Shown: positions 31,756-41,892 of the stretch, piece by piece | Position numbering within the stretch: the stretch's first letter is position 1 | Layout of the letters: the number at the start of each line of letters is the position of its first letter | From: Candidatus Moraniibacteriota bacterium | GTDB taxonomy: Bacteria > Patescibacteriota > Minisyncoccia > Moranbacterales > UBA1568 | DNA: 64,000 bases | Direction: 5' to 3' | NCBI GenBank assembly: GCA_023261695.1 | Contig: JAHFON010000003.1 | Location: 6,682 to 70,681 of the forward strand | The notes under the pieces: generated by a model | Databases searched by the model: none | The model's input: only the letters and a program-made list of their open reading frames with translations | Told to the model about the DNA's origin: nothing | Program-made: the position numbers and the translations under genes

Positions 31756-31915
31756 AGTTTTTACTATTGCTGCTTAAATTGAAAGTTTTAGAAATCCGAC
31801 TACATTTCCTCTGTTTCATCTTCCACTCTACCGCTGAATTCCGAATCAGTCAAGCGATAGAACGGAGTAGTTTTTTATGGTATAATGACACAGTAAAACA
31901 AAACCAAAAATTGCA

Positions 31916-33136
31916 ATGCCGAAATTTTTTTATACTGCGAAAAATATCACCACAGGAGAAACGGCCGGCGGTGAGATGGAGGCCAAAGATGAGAGAGCGC
32001 TGGCTCAAGATTTACGAGCCAGAGGTTTTTTGTTGACCTCGCATAAGGCAATTCAGGAGACGCAATCCATCCATATAAAATTTTTTGATCGTTTTTCTTC
32101 CGTTCCGCTTAAGGAAAAAATGATATTCACGCGGAATATGGCTGTGATGATATCGTCCGGATTGACCGTGTCGCGCGCGGTGCATAATTTGAGCCTTCAG
32201 ACCAGAAATAAAAAATTCAAAAAAATTCTTTCGAGTGTTTATGACAGTCTGCAGTCTGGCAAAAGTATGTCGGAAGGCATGGCGCAGTACCCGGGAGTTT
32301 TTAGTGAATTATTTATCAACATGATTTCCGTGGGAGAGGTCAGCGGCAATTTGGAAGAAGTGTTGGATATCTTGGCTTTGCAGTTGGAAAAAGAACACGA
32401 TCTTTTAAGTAAAGTACGCGGAGCGCTGATTTATCCCGGGGTAATTGTAGCGGCCATGATCGGTATCGGCATTTTGATGCTGACGTATATCTTGCCGAGA
32501 ATAACGAGCGTTTTCAAAGATATGGATGTCAAACTGCCCGCGAGTACCTTGTTCATCATTGGTATCAGTGATTTTTTGCGCAATCATTATATTTTGACTG
32601 TAGGCATAATCGCGGCTTTGACTATGGGTGTAAAAATGTTTGCTTCCACAAAAGCAGGCAAACGGTTTTTCGGATTGCTGGCTTTGTATCTGCCGATTGT
32701 CGGCAACATTGTCGTCAAAGTGAATTGCGCGCGCTTTGCTCGTATTTACAGTTCGCTTTTGAGAAGCGGCATCTCGGTGGTGAATACGCTGACGATTGTT
32801 TCCAAAACACTGGGAAACGTATATTACAAAGACGCGCTTGCAGAAGCCTTGGGAGAAGTACAAAAAGGCGTGGAGTTGAGCAAGGTGATCGGCAAATATC
32901 CGCGCATATTTCCGATTTTGGTAACTCAGATTCTGGAAGTGGGCGAGGAAACCGGTAAGACGGAAACGGTGCTTCAGCGTTTGGCGGAATTTTACGAAGA
33001 GGAAGTTTCGCAAATTACCAAAAATATGTCGTCGATTATTGAACCGATTCTGATGTTGCTGATCGGTAGCGCGGTGGGATTTTTCGCGGTGGCTATGTTA
33101 CAGCCGATGTACAGCGTTCTGGAAAATATCAAATAA
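31916..33136 (+). CDS. pilC: Type IV pilus assembly / T2SS platform protein F
   Basis: 406 aa, duplicated GspF domain pattern, 3 TM. -10 tggtataat upstream. Confidence 0.85.
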   Translation: MPKFFYTAKNITTGETAGGEMEAKDERALAQDLRARGFLLTSHKAIQETQSIHIKFFDRFSSVPLKEKMIFTRNMAVMISSGLTVSRAVHNLSLQTRNKKFKKILSSVYDSLQSGKSMSEGMAQYPGVFSELFINMISVGEVSGNLEEVLDILALQLEKEHDLLSKVRGALIYPGVIVAAMIGIGILMLTYILPRITSVFKDMDVKLPASTLFIIGISDFLRNHYILTVGIIAALTMGVKMFASTKAGKRFFGLLALYLPIVGNIVVKVNCARFARIYSSLLRSGISVVNTLTIVSKTLGNVYYKDALAEALGEVQKGVELSKVIGKYPRIFPILVTQILEVGEETGKTETVLQRLAEFYEEEVSQITKNMSSIIEPILMLLIGSAVGFFAVAMLQPMYSVLENIK

Positions 33137-33161
33137 GATTGAAAGTAGTATAAAAAACAAA

Positions 33162-34538
33162 ATGAGGTCCTGGTTTGGAAAGATGAGGCAACAGAAATTG
33201 AAAGGATTTACTCTTATAGAGTCCTTGGTTTTGTTGTTTATTTTTGCGATTACCGCGCTGGCTTTTTCTGAAACGTATACGGTGGGAACCCGGATGATTA
33301 TAGAATCCAAAAATCGTCTGGGAGCGACTGCGCTGGCCAATCAGAAGATGGAAATCATTCGCAGTATTGATTACGCTACCATCGGCACGACTACGGGTAT
33401 TCCGGCGGGTGATATTCCAGAATATGAAACCATTAGTGTCAATACGGTGAACTATCAAGTGCACACTTTTGTGCAGTATGCGGATGACGTTTTTGACGGC
33501 CAACTGGGAAGCACTCCGACTGATGCGATTCCCAATGATTACAAGCGCGTGCGCGTGGCTGTTTCTTGGGGCGCGGGCGGTGATGATCAGACAGTTTCCA
33601 TTTTCGCGAATATTTCTCCAGAGGGAGTTGAGACATCATCCGGCGGAGGCGTGTTATCCATCAATATTTTGAGCATTGTTGATGGCGGGGCGGTAGCTTT
33701 GGCAGGCGCGACCGTGCACATCGTCAATAGTTCCGCGGGTATCAATATCACAACGGCCACCGATGCCACGGGCAATATCACTTTGCCGGGAACGCCCGCC
33801 GGGCAACAAAATTACGCGCTGACGATTTCCAAAAGCGGGTATTACGGCACGCAAACATATCCGCCCTACCCGACATCCAACTACAATCCCGTAGACGAGC
33901 ACGCTTCCGTGGTAGCCGGAGTTGTGAATCCTAAAACAATGTGGATGAACCAATATGCCGATATCACGATACGTTCTCAGGATCCATTCACATCAGCTGT
34001 TCCGGACATCAGTTTTCATATGACAGGCGGAAAAAAACTGGGTACAGATCCAGACACATCGGCTTCTGTATATGAATATGATCAAATTTTGAGCACGAAC
34101 GCGTCTGGCATCAAGGATATACCGGATCAAAGCGATGGCCAGTACACTCTCTCGGAATCCGACGCGCGTTATCAGTTTTACAAACTAAATCCTAGCGGAA
34201 TTACTTATGATGTTTTTGACGCTCCGGCGGGGCAAACTACAACGGTAGATATGATACTGCTGGATACCCAAATTGGCTCATTGAAAGTGATTGTGACCAA
34301 CGCCGGAGACGGAAGCCCTGTGGCGGGAGCTACCGCGCACCTTACAAGCTCCGCGCTCGGATATTATGCGACCACGGTTACCGATCAATACGGATTCGCG
34401 TATTTTCCGCAAACTTTACCCGAGCTGGTTGTCGGAACTTATGATTTAACAGTGAGCGCCGCCGGTTTTGCCGACAATAATTCCACGGTGGATGTGAATG
34501 GCGGTTTAATCACAAAAGCCGTCAATCTTAATCCATAG
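33162..34538 (+). CDS. Prepilin-type N-terminal cleavage/methylation-domain protein (large pilin-like)
   Basis: KGFTLIESLVLLFIFAI class III signal. Thr/Gly-rich beta-rich body. Confidence 0.6.
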   Translation: MRSWFGKMRQQKLKGFTLIESLVLLFIFAITALAFSETYTVGTRMIIESKNRLGATALANQKMEIIRSIDYATIGTTTGIPAGDIPEYETISVNTVNYQVHTFVQYADDVFDGQLGSTPTDAIPNDYKRVRVAVSWGAGGDDQTVSIFANISPEGVETSSGGGVLSINILSIVDGGAVALAGATVHIVNSSAGINITTATDATGNITLPGTPAGQQNYALTISKSGYYGTQTYPPYPTSNYNPVDEHASVVAGVVNPKTMWMNQYADITIRSQDPFTSAVPDISFHMTGGKKLGTDPDTSASVYEYDQILSTNASGIKDIPDQSDGQYTLSESDARYQFYKLNPSGITYDVFDAPAGQTTTVDMILLDTQIGSLKVIVTNAGDGSPVAGATAHLTSSALGYYATTVTDQYGFAYFPQTLPELVVGTYDLTVSAAGFADNNSTVDVNGGLITKAVNLNP

Positions 34539-34541
34539 TTT

Positions 34542-35168
34542 ATGAGATATTCAAGATACAAAGCTATGACGCTGATAGAGGGACTGGTGGCTATTGCCGT
34601 TATGCTGATCGCGATGGAAGGCTTTACGCAGTTCTTCGTCAGAAGTTGGAATACAAACAAGTTTATTCTTGAAGAAGGGTTGGCTTCGGCGGCGGCCTCG
34701 CGCGCGACCAACAAGATTATTACCAAATTACGCAGCGTGCGTCAGGCTGATAACGGCGATTTTCCTATTGAGTCCGGGTCTGATTTTGATCTTAAAGTGT
34801 ATATTGATATTGATGATGATGGGGTGACTGAACGCGTGCATTATTTTCTGGATCTGGCTACCGATCAATTGAAAGTCGGCGTTACCAATCCGGTTGGTAC
34901 AACTCCGGTCAGTTATCCGGCGGCCGATGACACCGTATCAATACTCACGGATTACGTCGTGAACGAGAACGCGAATCCGGTTTTTTATTATTATAACAAG
35001 AATTATCCGGGGGATACGGTGAATAATCCGCTTACAACTCCCATCAATGTTGAAGACGTGCGTTTGATCCGCGTGCATCTTCTGGTGAATATCGATCCAG
35101 TACGGGCGCCGAACAATATCAATATTGAATCGTTCGCTGATCTGCGTAATCTCAAAAATTATGAATGA
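34542..35168 (+). CDS. Pseudopilin-like protein
   Basis: AMTLIEGLVAIAVMLIAM prepilin-like N-terminal helix. Confidence 0.45.
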   Translation: MRYSRYKAMTLIEGLVAIAVMLIAMEGFTQFFVRSWNTNKFILEEGLASAAASRATNKIITKLRSVRQADNGDFPIESGSDFDLKVYIDIDDDGVTERVHYFLDLATDQLKVGVTNPVGTTPVSYPAADDTVSILTDYVVNENANPVFYYYNKNYPGDTVNNPLTTPINVEDVRLIRVHLLVNIDPVRAPNNINIESFADLRNLKNYE

Positions 35169-36678
35169 CGATCGAAATAAAAAACTTGTCCGCCGTAGTT
35201 CCCGCCTTGCCAGAGTTCTTGGTGTAGCGTGGATTGACGAAGGCGGATTGAAAGGCTCCGCGTTGGTCTATGGTCTTGTCATTATGACGGTGGTGGCGAT
35301 TGTGCTGACATCCATCGTTGGTTTTGTGGCGGCGCAGACTAAATATGCTCTGCGGGTACATGCTCGCGAGCAGGCATTCCAAGTCGCGGATACAGGTATT
35401 CAATTTTACAAATGGTATCTGGCGCATAATACGGACGGACGAACGGCGCAACAAATACAGGATTTCTGGACGACTGGTAATCCTTACGGCGTAGCTTCGC
35501 CTTATGAGGTGGAGTATAACGACCCTTCAGGTTCTGCGATAGGGAAATATCGTTTGGAAGTCACGCCACCGACATTGGGTTCTACAATTGTGACTGTCAA
35601 GTCAACCGGCTTTGCATATCGTTATCCCAACGATACGCGCGTTTTGGAAGTGCGTTTTCGGCGTCCTTCTTGGAGCGAAAGCGCTGTTTTGGCGAATGAT
35701 TTTATGCGGTTTGGCAGTGGCACGGAAGTGTTTGGTAAAATCCATTCAAATAAGGGAATCCGTTTCGACGGAGTGGCGCACAATATCGTATCAAGCGCCG
35801 TTTCTACTTTTATTGACCCTGATCATAGTGTTAATGAATTCGGCGTGCATACGCATAAGAATCCGATTGATCCTCTGCCGCCGGCGGCCGTACCGGCGCG
35901 CACTGATGTTTTTGAGGCGGGGCGAAAGTTTCCGGTAGCCACGGTAGACTTCAACGGACTACTGGGAGATTTAAGTTTGATGAAAACGGCGGCGCAGGCG
36001 ACCAATTCTTACTTTCTTGGTACAGGGGCCAACAATAATGGGAAAAAGATCACCCTCAAGACGGACGGCACGTACGATGTCTGTAAAGTGAACACGTTCA
36101 ACAGCGGATATTCGATAACGAAGTATACCAAGAACTCTGGTGGCGGTACCTGCAGTACCTGTTCTGGGAGTTGCGCGCCGACGAATTATCCCATACCCGA
36201 TAACGGGGTTATCTTTGTGGAAGGCAACGCGTGGGTGAGCGGCACGATCAACAACAAGAAAGTGACTATCGCTGCGGCTGATATTTCCGGCGGAGCCGCG
36301 CCCTCAGTGTATATTTTGAATGATATTCGGTATACCAACACGGACGGACGCGATATTATCGGCATTATCGGCCAGAATAATATAGAAATCGCCTACGCGA
36401 GCGAGAGCGATCTGCGGATTGATGCGGCGCTTCTGGCGCAACAAGGACGCGTTGGACGCGAACATTACAGCAGTCCGAAAGGCCTCAATCCGGATAGTAA
36501 GTCTGTCATCACCGTAAACGGTGCGATCGCGACTAACTTGCGCTACGGTTTCGCGTGGACGGACGGCACCGGCTATACAACGCGCAACCTGTACTATGAT
36601 AATAACTTGCTGTATTATCCGCCGCCGTACTTTCCGACCGGCACGCAATATCAAATGGACTTGTGGGAGGAAAAATAA
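35161..36678 (+). CDS. Hypothetical pilus-associated protein (N-terminal TM helix)
   Basis: Single N-terminal hydrophobic helix, in pilus cluster. ATG 35161 chosen over overlapping 35125. Confidence 0.35.
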   Translation: MNDDRNKKLVRRSSRLARVLGVAWIDEGGLKGSALVYGLVIMTVVAIVLTSIVGFVAAQTKYALRVHAREQAFQVADTGIQFYKWYLAHNTDGRTAQQIQDFWTTGNPYGVASPYEVEYNDPSGSAIGKYRLEVTPPTLGSTIVTVKSTGFAYRYPNDTRVLEVRFRRPSWSESAVLANDFMRFGSGTEVFGKIHSNKGIRFDGVAHNIVSSAVSTFIDPDHSVNEFGVHTHKNPIDPLPPAAVPARTDVFEAGRKFPVATVDFNGLLGDLSLMKTAAQATNSYFLGTGANNNGKKITLKTDGTYDVCKVNTFNSGYSITKYTKNSGGGTCSTCSGSCAPTNYPIPDNGVIFVEGNAWVSGTINNKKVTIAAADISGGAAPSVYILNDIRYTNTDGRDIIGIIGQNNIEIAYASESDLRIDAALLAQQGRVGREHYSSPKGLNPDSKSVITVNGAIATNLRYGFAWTDGTGYTTRNLYYDNNLLYYPPPYFPTGTQYQMDLWEEK

Positions 36679-36732
36679 AAGCAAAATTGTGTTACAATGG
36701 TCAATGACCCAAGAAAGGCAAAACAAAAAACA

Positions 36733-37827
36733 ATGAGCATCTTGCAGAAAAAATTTTTTGATCTTTTTCCCAGTTCGTTCGGTTTGGATTTGAGCGATCT
36801 GTCTATCAAAGCCGTCTGGCTGGATCGGACTGGAAATCAAGATTTTATTATGAGTTTCGGATCAGTACCGCTTCCGATGGGGAGCGTGGCGGATGGCGAG
36901 ATTATGGATCCGGAAGCGGTAAAAAATGCCATCGTTAAACTTTTACAAGAATCCGGACCCAAAAAAATTAAAACGCGCAAAGTAATTTGTTCGTTGCCGG
37001 AAACCAAGGCGTTTTTGCGCATCATCTCTTTGCCCGTGATGGAAAAAAGTGAGGTGAAAGAAGCTATCAAGTGGGAAATTGAAGCCAACATTCCGCTTAT
37101 GTTGGATCAGGTGTATTACGATTGGCAGATACTTGATCTGAATCTGGATCAAAAAAAAGAAAAGATGAACGTGCTGGTGGTGGCGGTAGCCAGAAGCAGT
37201 GCGGATCAATTTCAGGCAGTGCTGGAATCGGCGGGGCTTGAAGTGCTCGGACTAGAGACGGAATCCATTGCCCAAGCGAGAAGTCTTTTGCCTGAAAAGG
37301 ACGATAAGAGCACGACGCTGATTGTGGACATCGGCGACCGTCGGACAAGTTTTTTTATTGCGGTTGGCAGTATGCCGTGTTTCACTTCCAGCGTACCGCT
37401 TTCTTCGCAGATGATTACGGACGCTATTGCCAAGTCGTTCAATATTCCTTTCGCGGAAGCTGAAGACATCAAAATTAAACAGGGATTGGGGTCTTTAGCT
37501 ATGAAAAGTCAGGTTTTGAAAGCAGTGTCTCCGGTGTTAGAGAACATTTTGACGGAAATAGAGAAGTCTATGGATTTTTATTTGAGCAACTTGCGTTATT
37601 CGGAAAAGATAGATTCTATTGTGCTGTGCGGAGGAGGAGCGAATATGCAGGGGCTGTTGCCGTATTTCTCGCGTTGTCTGGGGAGGCCGATAGAATTCGG
37701 CAATCCGTGGGTGAACGTGCGTCTCGGTCAGAGATTGCCTATAATTGAACGCAAGCGCGCCGTGCAGTATTCCACGGCTATCGGACTCGCGCTTCGCGGA
37801 CTTGACGAGTATGAAGATTTTACTTAA
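36733..37827 (+). CDS. pilM: Type IV pilus assembly ATPase-like protein PilM
   Basis: Actin-like fold signature: FGLDLSDLSIKAVWL, DIGDRRTSFFIA, LCGGGANMQGL. Confidence 0.8.
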   Translation: MSILQKKFFDLFPSSFGLDLSDLSIKAVWLDRTGNQDFIMSFGSVPLPMGSVADGEIMDPEAVKNAIVKLLQESGPKKIKTRKVICSLPETKAFLRIISLPVMEKSEVKEAIKWEIEANIPLMLDQVYYDWQILDLNLDQKKEKMNVLVVAVARSSADQFQAVLESAGLEVLGLETESIAQARSLLPEKDDKSTTLIVDIGDRRTSFFIAVGSMPCFTSSVPLSSQMITDAIAKSFNIPFAEAEDIKIKQGLGSLAMKSQVLKAVSPVLENILTEIEKSMDFYLSNLRYSEKIDSIVLCGGGANMQGLLPYFSRCLGRPIEFGNPWVNVRLGQRLPIIERKRAVQYSTAIGLALRGLDEYEDFT

Positions 37828-38374
37828 TCTCCTGCAGGAGAAAAATAAAGAGGACATAGAGAGGCGGTTTTATCTGCGCTTCTTTTTGTGGCAATTTTTT
37901 TTGGTACTGGCTCTGGAAATATTTTATCTGGCAATTCTGGTCGGTATATATTTCATTCTGGATTTTCAACTGCAGGGTTTGGAGAGCGCCGGACAACAAT
38001 ATGACGCGACGCGTTCCGAACAAAAAACGCTGGATGTGTATCGGAAAAAGTTTAAGGAAACAAACGTGCTCGTGGAAACGGTTGGCAAGATAGAACGTCA
38101 GCATTTTTCTTTTACGCAAATGTTTCTTTTGTTGGATACCGCGTTGCCGGAAAGTATCGCGATTGAACACTTAACCACTAAAGAATACACGGTATTGCTG
38201 GCCGGTCGGGCGGCAACTCGCGATGATTTGTTAACGTTTGAAAATCGTCTCAAAGAATCAGAGTGCGTGCAGAACGTCAATGTTCCGCTCGCCAATCTTT
38301 TTTCGCAGGACAATGTGGATTTTCAGATGGATTTTGAAATGCGCAAGAAATGTTTACAAAAAAATGCTTTATGA
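37811..38374 (+). CDS. pilN: PilN-like pilus assembly protein
   Basis: Short cytoplasmic N-terminus, one TM, periplasmic coiled coil. Follows pilM with overlap. Confidence 0.55.
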   Translation: MKILLNLLQEKNKEDIERRFYLRFFLWQFFLVLALEIFYLAILVGIYFILDFQLQGLESAGQQYDATRSEQKTLDVYRKKFKETNVLVETVGKIERQHFSFTQMFLLLDTALPESIAIEHLTTKEYTVLLAGRAATRDDLLTFENRLKESECVQNVNVPLANLFSQDNVDFQMDFEMRKKCLQKNAL

Positions 38375-39132
38375 TTATCTCTTTACCCAAAAAATATAGG
38401 CCGCTCATTGCTTTAGGTGTTTTGCTTATAGTGATAGGTTGTATTGTTTGGCTGGGTCTGTTGCCGCTCAAGCAGTCCATAGTAAAAAAGATGCAAGACA
38501 TTCAGGAGTTTTATGCCGGCCGGGAAAACCGCGAAAAGCAGGTTGACAAATTGCCGGAACTGCAGGGACAATATGACGCTATCCTTGAAAATGAAAAAAC
38601 ATTTAACATTTTGATTACGGAAGACAAAGTGGTGGATTTTGTGAAAATATTGGAAACATTAGCGAGTGCTACAAATGTTACATTAAGTATCACGTCCAAA
38701 GATAACGGCAAAATCATCGAATCCAAGAAGCCTGAAAAAGAAACCAGCCCATCGAGCGATGCCGATCAACAGCCCGTTTCCGGAACAAACAATGCCGCGC
38801 CGAAAACACCCAACATTCTGGACACTGTGCCGTTTGGCCGCTATTTATTTTTAAGCGTGAAGACGGAGGGGCGTTACAGCGATATCGTGAAGTTTCTGGG
38901 CAAAGCTGAAGCTCTGCCGTTTGGATTAGATGTAATCAAGGTGGATATAAAAAAGAAGGATGCCGAAAACAATTCCCAAGCAACTGCCGCAAGAAGTCCC
39001 GCCAACCCTTTCGCTATACTGGGCGATAACAGCAATCTGGCACAAAAACAGCCGCCAACCGAAGGGGAAAATAAAAATGGAATAGAGGCGGTGTTCGATA
39101 TGCTTGTGTATGTAAAAAAAACTGATTTATGA
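38371..39132 (+). CDS. pilO: PilO-like pilus assembly protein
   Basis: N-terminal TM plus coiled coil (KQSIVKKMQDIQEF...), position after pilN. Confidence 0.5.
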   Translation: MIISLPKKYRPLIALGVLLIVIGCIVWLGLLPLKQSIVKKMQDIQEFYAGRENREKQVDKLPELQGQYDAILENEKTFNILITEDKVVDFVKILETLASATNVTLSITSKDNGKIIESKKPEKETSPSSDADQQPVSGTNNAAPKTPNILDTVPFGRYLFLSVKTEGRYSDIVKFLGKAEALPFGLDVIKVDIKKKDAENNSQATAARSPANPFAILGDNSNLAQKQPPTEGENKNGIEAVFDMLVYVKKTDL

Positions 39133-39476
39133 TAATGCCATTCCATACTTTTTTCCAAAAGACGAGTGAACGTTTTTCTTTGAGAAGAATATTGTTTTTT
39201 TGGTACCGTCATCACAAAGCATTATTTTTTTGTTTTTTTTGCGGCGTGGTTTTGATCGGAGTATGGGATTGGTATTATAGTTTTTATCAATACCGTTTTA
39301 GCGACGAAGAAAAGAAACAGTATATCGAACAGCATTTTAAGGAAACGGCATTCAAAGAAACGGAATTTCGCCAAGCGGTGGATATGCTGGCGCGGCGAAC
39401 GCGTCTGTCGGAAACGCCTGAAGTCAAACACGACATTTTTCAAGGCACAGGCATACAAAGTAAAGAAAAGAAATAA
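39129..39476 (+). CDS. Hypothetical small membrane protein
   Basis: ATGA overlap with pilO-like gene, one TM. Confidence 0.3.
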   Translation: MIMPFHTFFQKTSERFSLRRILFFWYRHHKALFFCFFCGVVLIGVWDWYYSFYQYRFSDEEKKQYIEQHFKETAFKETEFRQAVDMLARRTRLSETPEVKHDIFQGTGIQSKEKK

Positions 39477-39515
39477 AATTGACTGGCTGGTATTTTTTGA
39501 GTATGCTGTTTGCTT

Positions 39516-40595
39516 ATGGTGCTTTTGACTCGCGAGGAACAATTCAGAAAACTTTTTCCCAAAGCGCCGGCTTTTCGTTTTAGGCAAATGGAAGAGGCTT
39601 TGTTTTCCCCTGTTTTTAAGAGTTTCGCGGATATTTCCAATATGTCTCTGGCGATGCGAGAGCTATTGACCAAAGAAATTTCTTGGTTGGCCATCAAAGA
39701 AGTGCAGGTGCTTGAGAGCGCGAAGAGGGATACTTTTAAGGCGGTAGTGGAGATGGTTGATCAGAAGCGAGTGGAAACCGTGCTGATGAAAAACGCGCGT
39801 GCTCAATGGACGGTATGCGTTTCGTCCCAAGTCGGGTGCGCGATGGCCTGCACTTTTTGCGCTACGGGCAAGATGGGTTTTACGCGCAATCTGATTGCGG
39901 ATGAAATTGTTGATCAGGTGCGTTTCTGGAATATATTTCTCCGCGAGCGGCCCAAACTCGCCCAGAGAATCAGCAACGTGGTTTTTATGGGAATGGGGGA
40001 GCCGCTGGCCAATTATGAAAATGTCAAAGAAACGCTCTCTGTGTTGCTTGCGCATACTGATATGGGAATGACGAGGATAACAGTTTCAACCGTGGGGTTG
40101 ATTCCTATGCTCCGGAAACTGCTTGCTGATCCCAAGTGGCCGGCAGTACGTCTGGCAGTTTCGTTACACAGCGCGGATGCGGTGACGCGCCAGGTGATGA
40201 TGCCGAGTTCCTTTCCGGCATTTCTAAATGATTTGGCTGTGTGGACGCAAGAGTATTTTGAGAAATTTGACAGCCGCAGGCGGCACCTGACTTTTGAATA
40301 CGTGATGCTCTCAAAAATCAATGATACTGAAATGCACGCGCAGGCATTGATTACTTTTGCGAGAAAAGTGGGCAATGTCAGGATCAATTTGATACCTTAT
40401 AATTTCATCCCGCAAACTTCGAAGCGAAGTGCGGAACAAGCAAAGAATGTCTATCGCGGGAGTCTTCCGGGGGATTTTGCTCATTTTGAAAAAACATTGG
40501 AAGAGGCGGGCGTAACGGTGACGCGGCGGCGCACGATGGGCGATGATATCGCCGCCGCTTGCGGGCAGTTGATTGTGGACAAATCTGAATCATAG
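39516..40595 (+). CDS. rlmN: 23S rRNA/tRNA (adenine-C2)-methyltransferase, radical SAM
   Basis: CVSSQVGCAMACTFCATG (CxxxCxxC) plus C-terminal conserved Cys. Track start is TTG 39510; first ATG is 39516. Confidence 0.85.
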   Translation: MVLLTREEQFRKLFPKAPAFRFRQMEEALFSPVFKSFADISNMSLAMRELLTKEISWLAIKEVQVLESAKRDTFKAVVEMVDQKRVETVLMKNARAQWTVCVSSQVGCAMACTFCATGKMGFTRNLIADEIVDQVRFWNIFLRERPKLAQRISNVVFMGMGEPLANYENVKETLSVLLAHTDMGMTRITVSTVGLIPMLRKLLADPKWPAVRLAVSLHSADAVTRQVMMPSSFPAFLNDLAVWTQEYFEKFDSRRRHLTFEYVMLSKINDTEMHAQALITFARKVGNVRINLIPYNFIPQTSKRSAEQAKNVYRGSLPGDFAHFEKTLEEAGVTVTRRRTMGDDIAAACGQLIVDKSES

Positions 40596-40646
40596 GCGGG
40601 GAGCATTGATTTTTAACCGAGAACAACGTACAATGTCCGAACGCGT

Positions 40647-41834
40647 ATGACAGAAAAATATTTCATAAAAACATTCGGATGCCAGCAAAACGTGGCTGAT
40701 TCGGAACGGTTGCGGAGTTTTTATGAATCGCGCGGTTTTGCGCCGGCGGAGACGTTGGAGGAGGCGGACGTACTTATATTGAATACTTGCGTGGTACGCG
40801 ATCGGGCGGAAGAAAAAGTTTATGGAATGATCAAAACTTTGCGTGCGCGCCTGAAAGAAAAATCGCCGCGCATCATTGTGACCGGTTGTCTCATCGGCGC
40901 GGCGGCGCGCGTTCCCGGCGGCAGAATGATGAAACGCCTGACAGCGCGCCTGCCCGCCGTGGAGGGTTTGCCGGATGTGGAATTTTTGCCGTTGGAAGAA
41001 GTGGGATTTGAATACGCGCCTCGGCGCGCGCCAGGTAAAACGGCCTCCATAGTTATTTCCAATGGATGCAATAATTACTGCGCTTATTGCATCGTGCCGT
41101 TTTCGCGCGGTCAAGAACGTTCGCGTCCACTGGCGGAAATTTTAGACGAAGTGAAGAAGGCGGCGGCTGACGGATATACGGAAGTGATGCTTCTCGGACA
41201 AAATGTGAATTCTTACGGCGCGGATTTTTTGAAAGACAAAATCAAAGAAAACGAAAAATACACGTTGCCGAATGGCGAGAGCATTAAGCCGGTAATGGTC
41301 AAACATTTGAATCGCCATCGCATTCCGACGCTTTTTCCTCATCTTTTGGAAAGTGTGGCGCGAATTTCGGGACTTGCAAAAATTTCTTTTATTTCTTCCA
41401 ATCCGTGGGATTTTTCAGATGAACTGATTGATGTCATCGCGCGAAATGAGAATATTGATCGCCTGCTCCATCTGCCGGTACAGGCGGGAAGCAACGCGGT
41501 GCTCAAACGGATGAATCGCTGGTACACGCGCGAAGAATATCTGGCACTGATAGACAAAATTCGCGCCCGTGTTTTCGGCGCGCGTTTTATGACTGATATA
41601 ATTGTGGGTTTTCCCGGAGAAACGGAAGAGGATTTTTTAGAGACAGTGGATTTGATCAAGCGCGTAAATTTTGAAAAAACTTTTATCGCGTGGTATTCTC
41701 CGCGCCCGGGAACGTCTGCTACGAAAAACTTGCAAGACGATGTGCCCATTCACGAAAAAAAACGCCGCTTTAGCGAATTGGACAAAGTGGCGTTTAAGGG
41801 AAAATCTCACAAACATCTCGCGCTTCAGAAATAA
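40647..41834 (+). CDS. miaB: MiaB-family tRNA methylthiotransferase
   Basis: N-terminal MTTase cysteines IKTFGCQQNVADSE, radical SAM CNNYCAYC, TRAM-like C-terminus. Confidence 0.8.
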   Translation: MTEKYFIKTFGCQQNVADSERLRSFYESRGFAPAETLEEADVLILNTCVVRDRAEEKVYGMIKTLRARLKEKSPRIIVTGCLIGAAARVPGGRMMKRLTARLPAVEGLPDVEFLPLEEVGFEYAPRRAPGKTASIVISNGCNNYCAYCIVPFSRGQERSRPLAEILDEVKKAAADGYTEVMLLGQNVNSYGADFLKDKIKENEKYTLPNGESIKPVMVKHLNRHRIPTLFPHLLESVARISGLAKISFISSNPWDFSDELIDVIARNENIDRLLHLPVQAGSNAVLKRMNRWYTREEYLALIDKIRARVFGARFMTDIIVGFPGETEEDFLETVDLIKRVNFEKTFIAWYSPRPGTSATKNLQDDVPIHEKKRRFSELDKVAFKGKSHKHLALQK

Positions 41835-41892
41835 TTTTTTTATCTAAAATTATTCTTGGAGCGAAATGCCATTATAAGTAAGAGTGTTTTAT

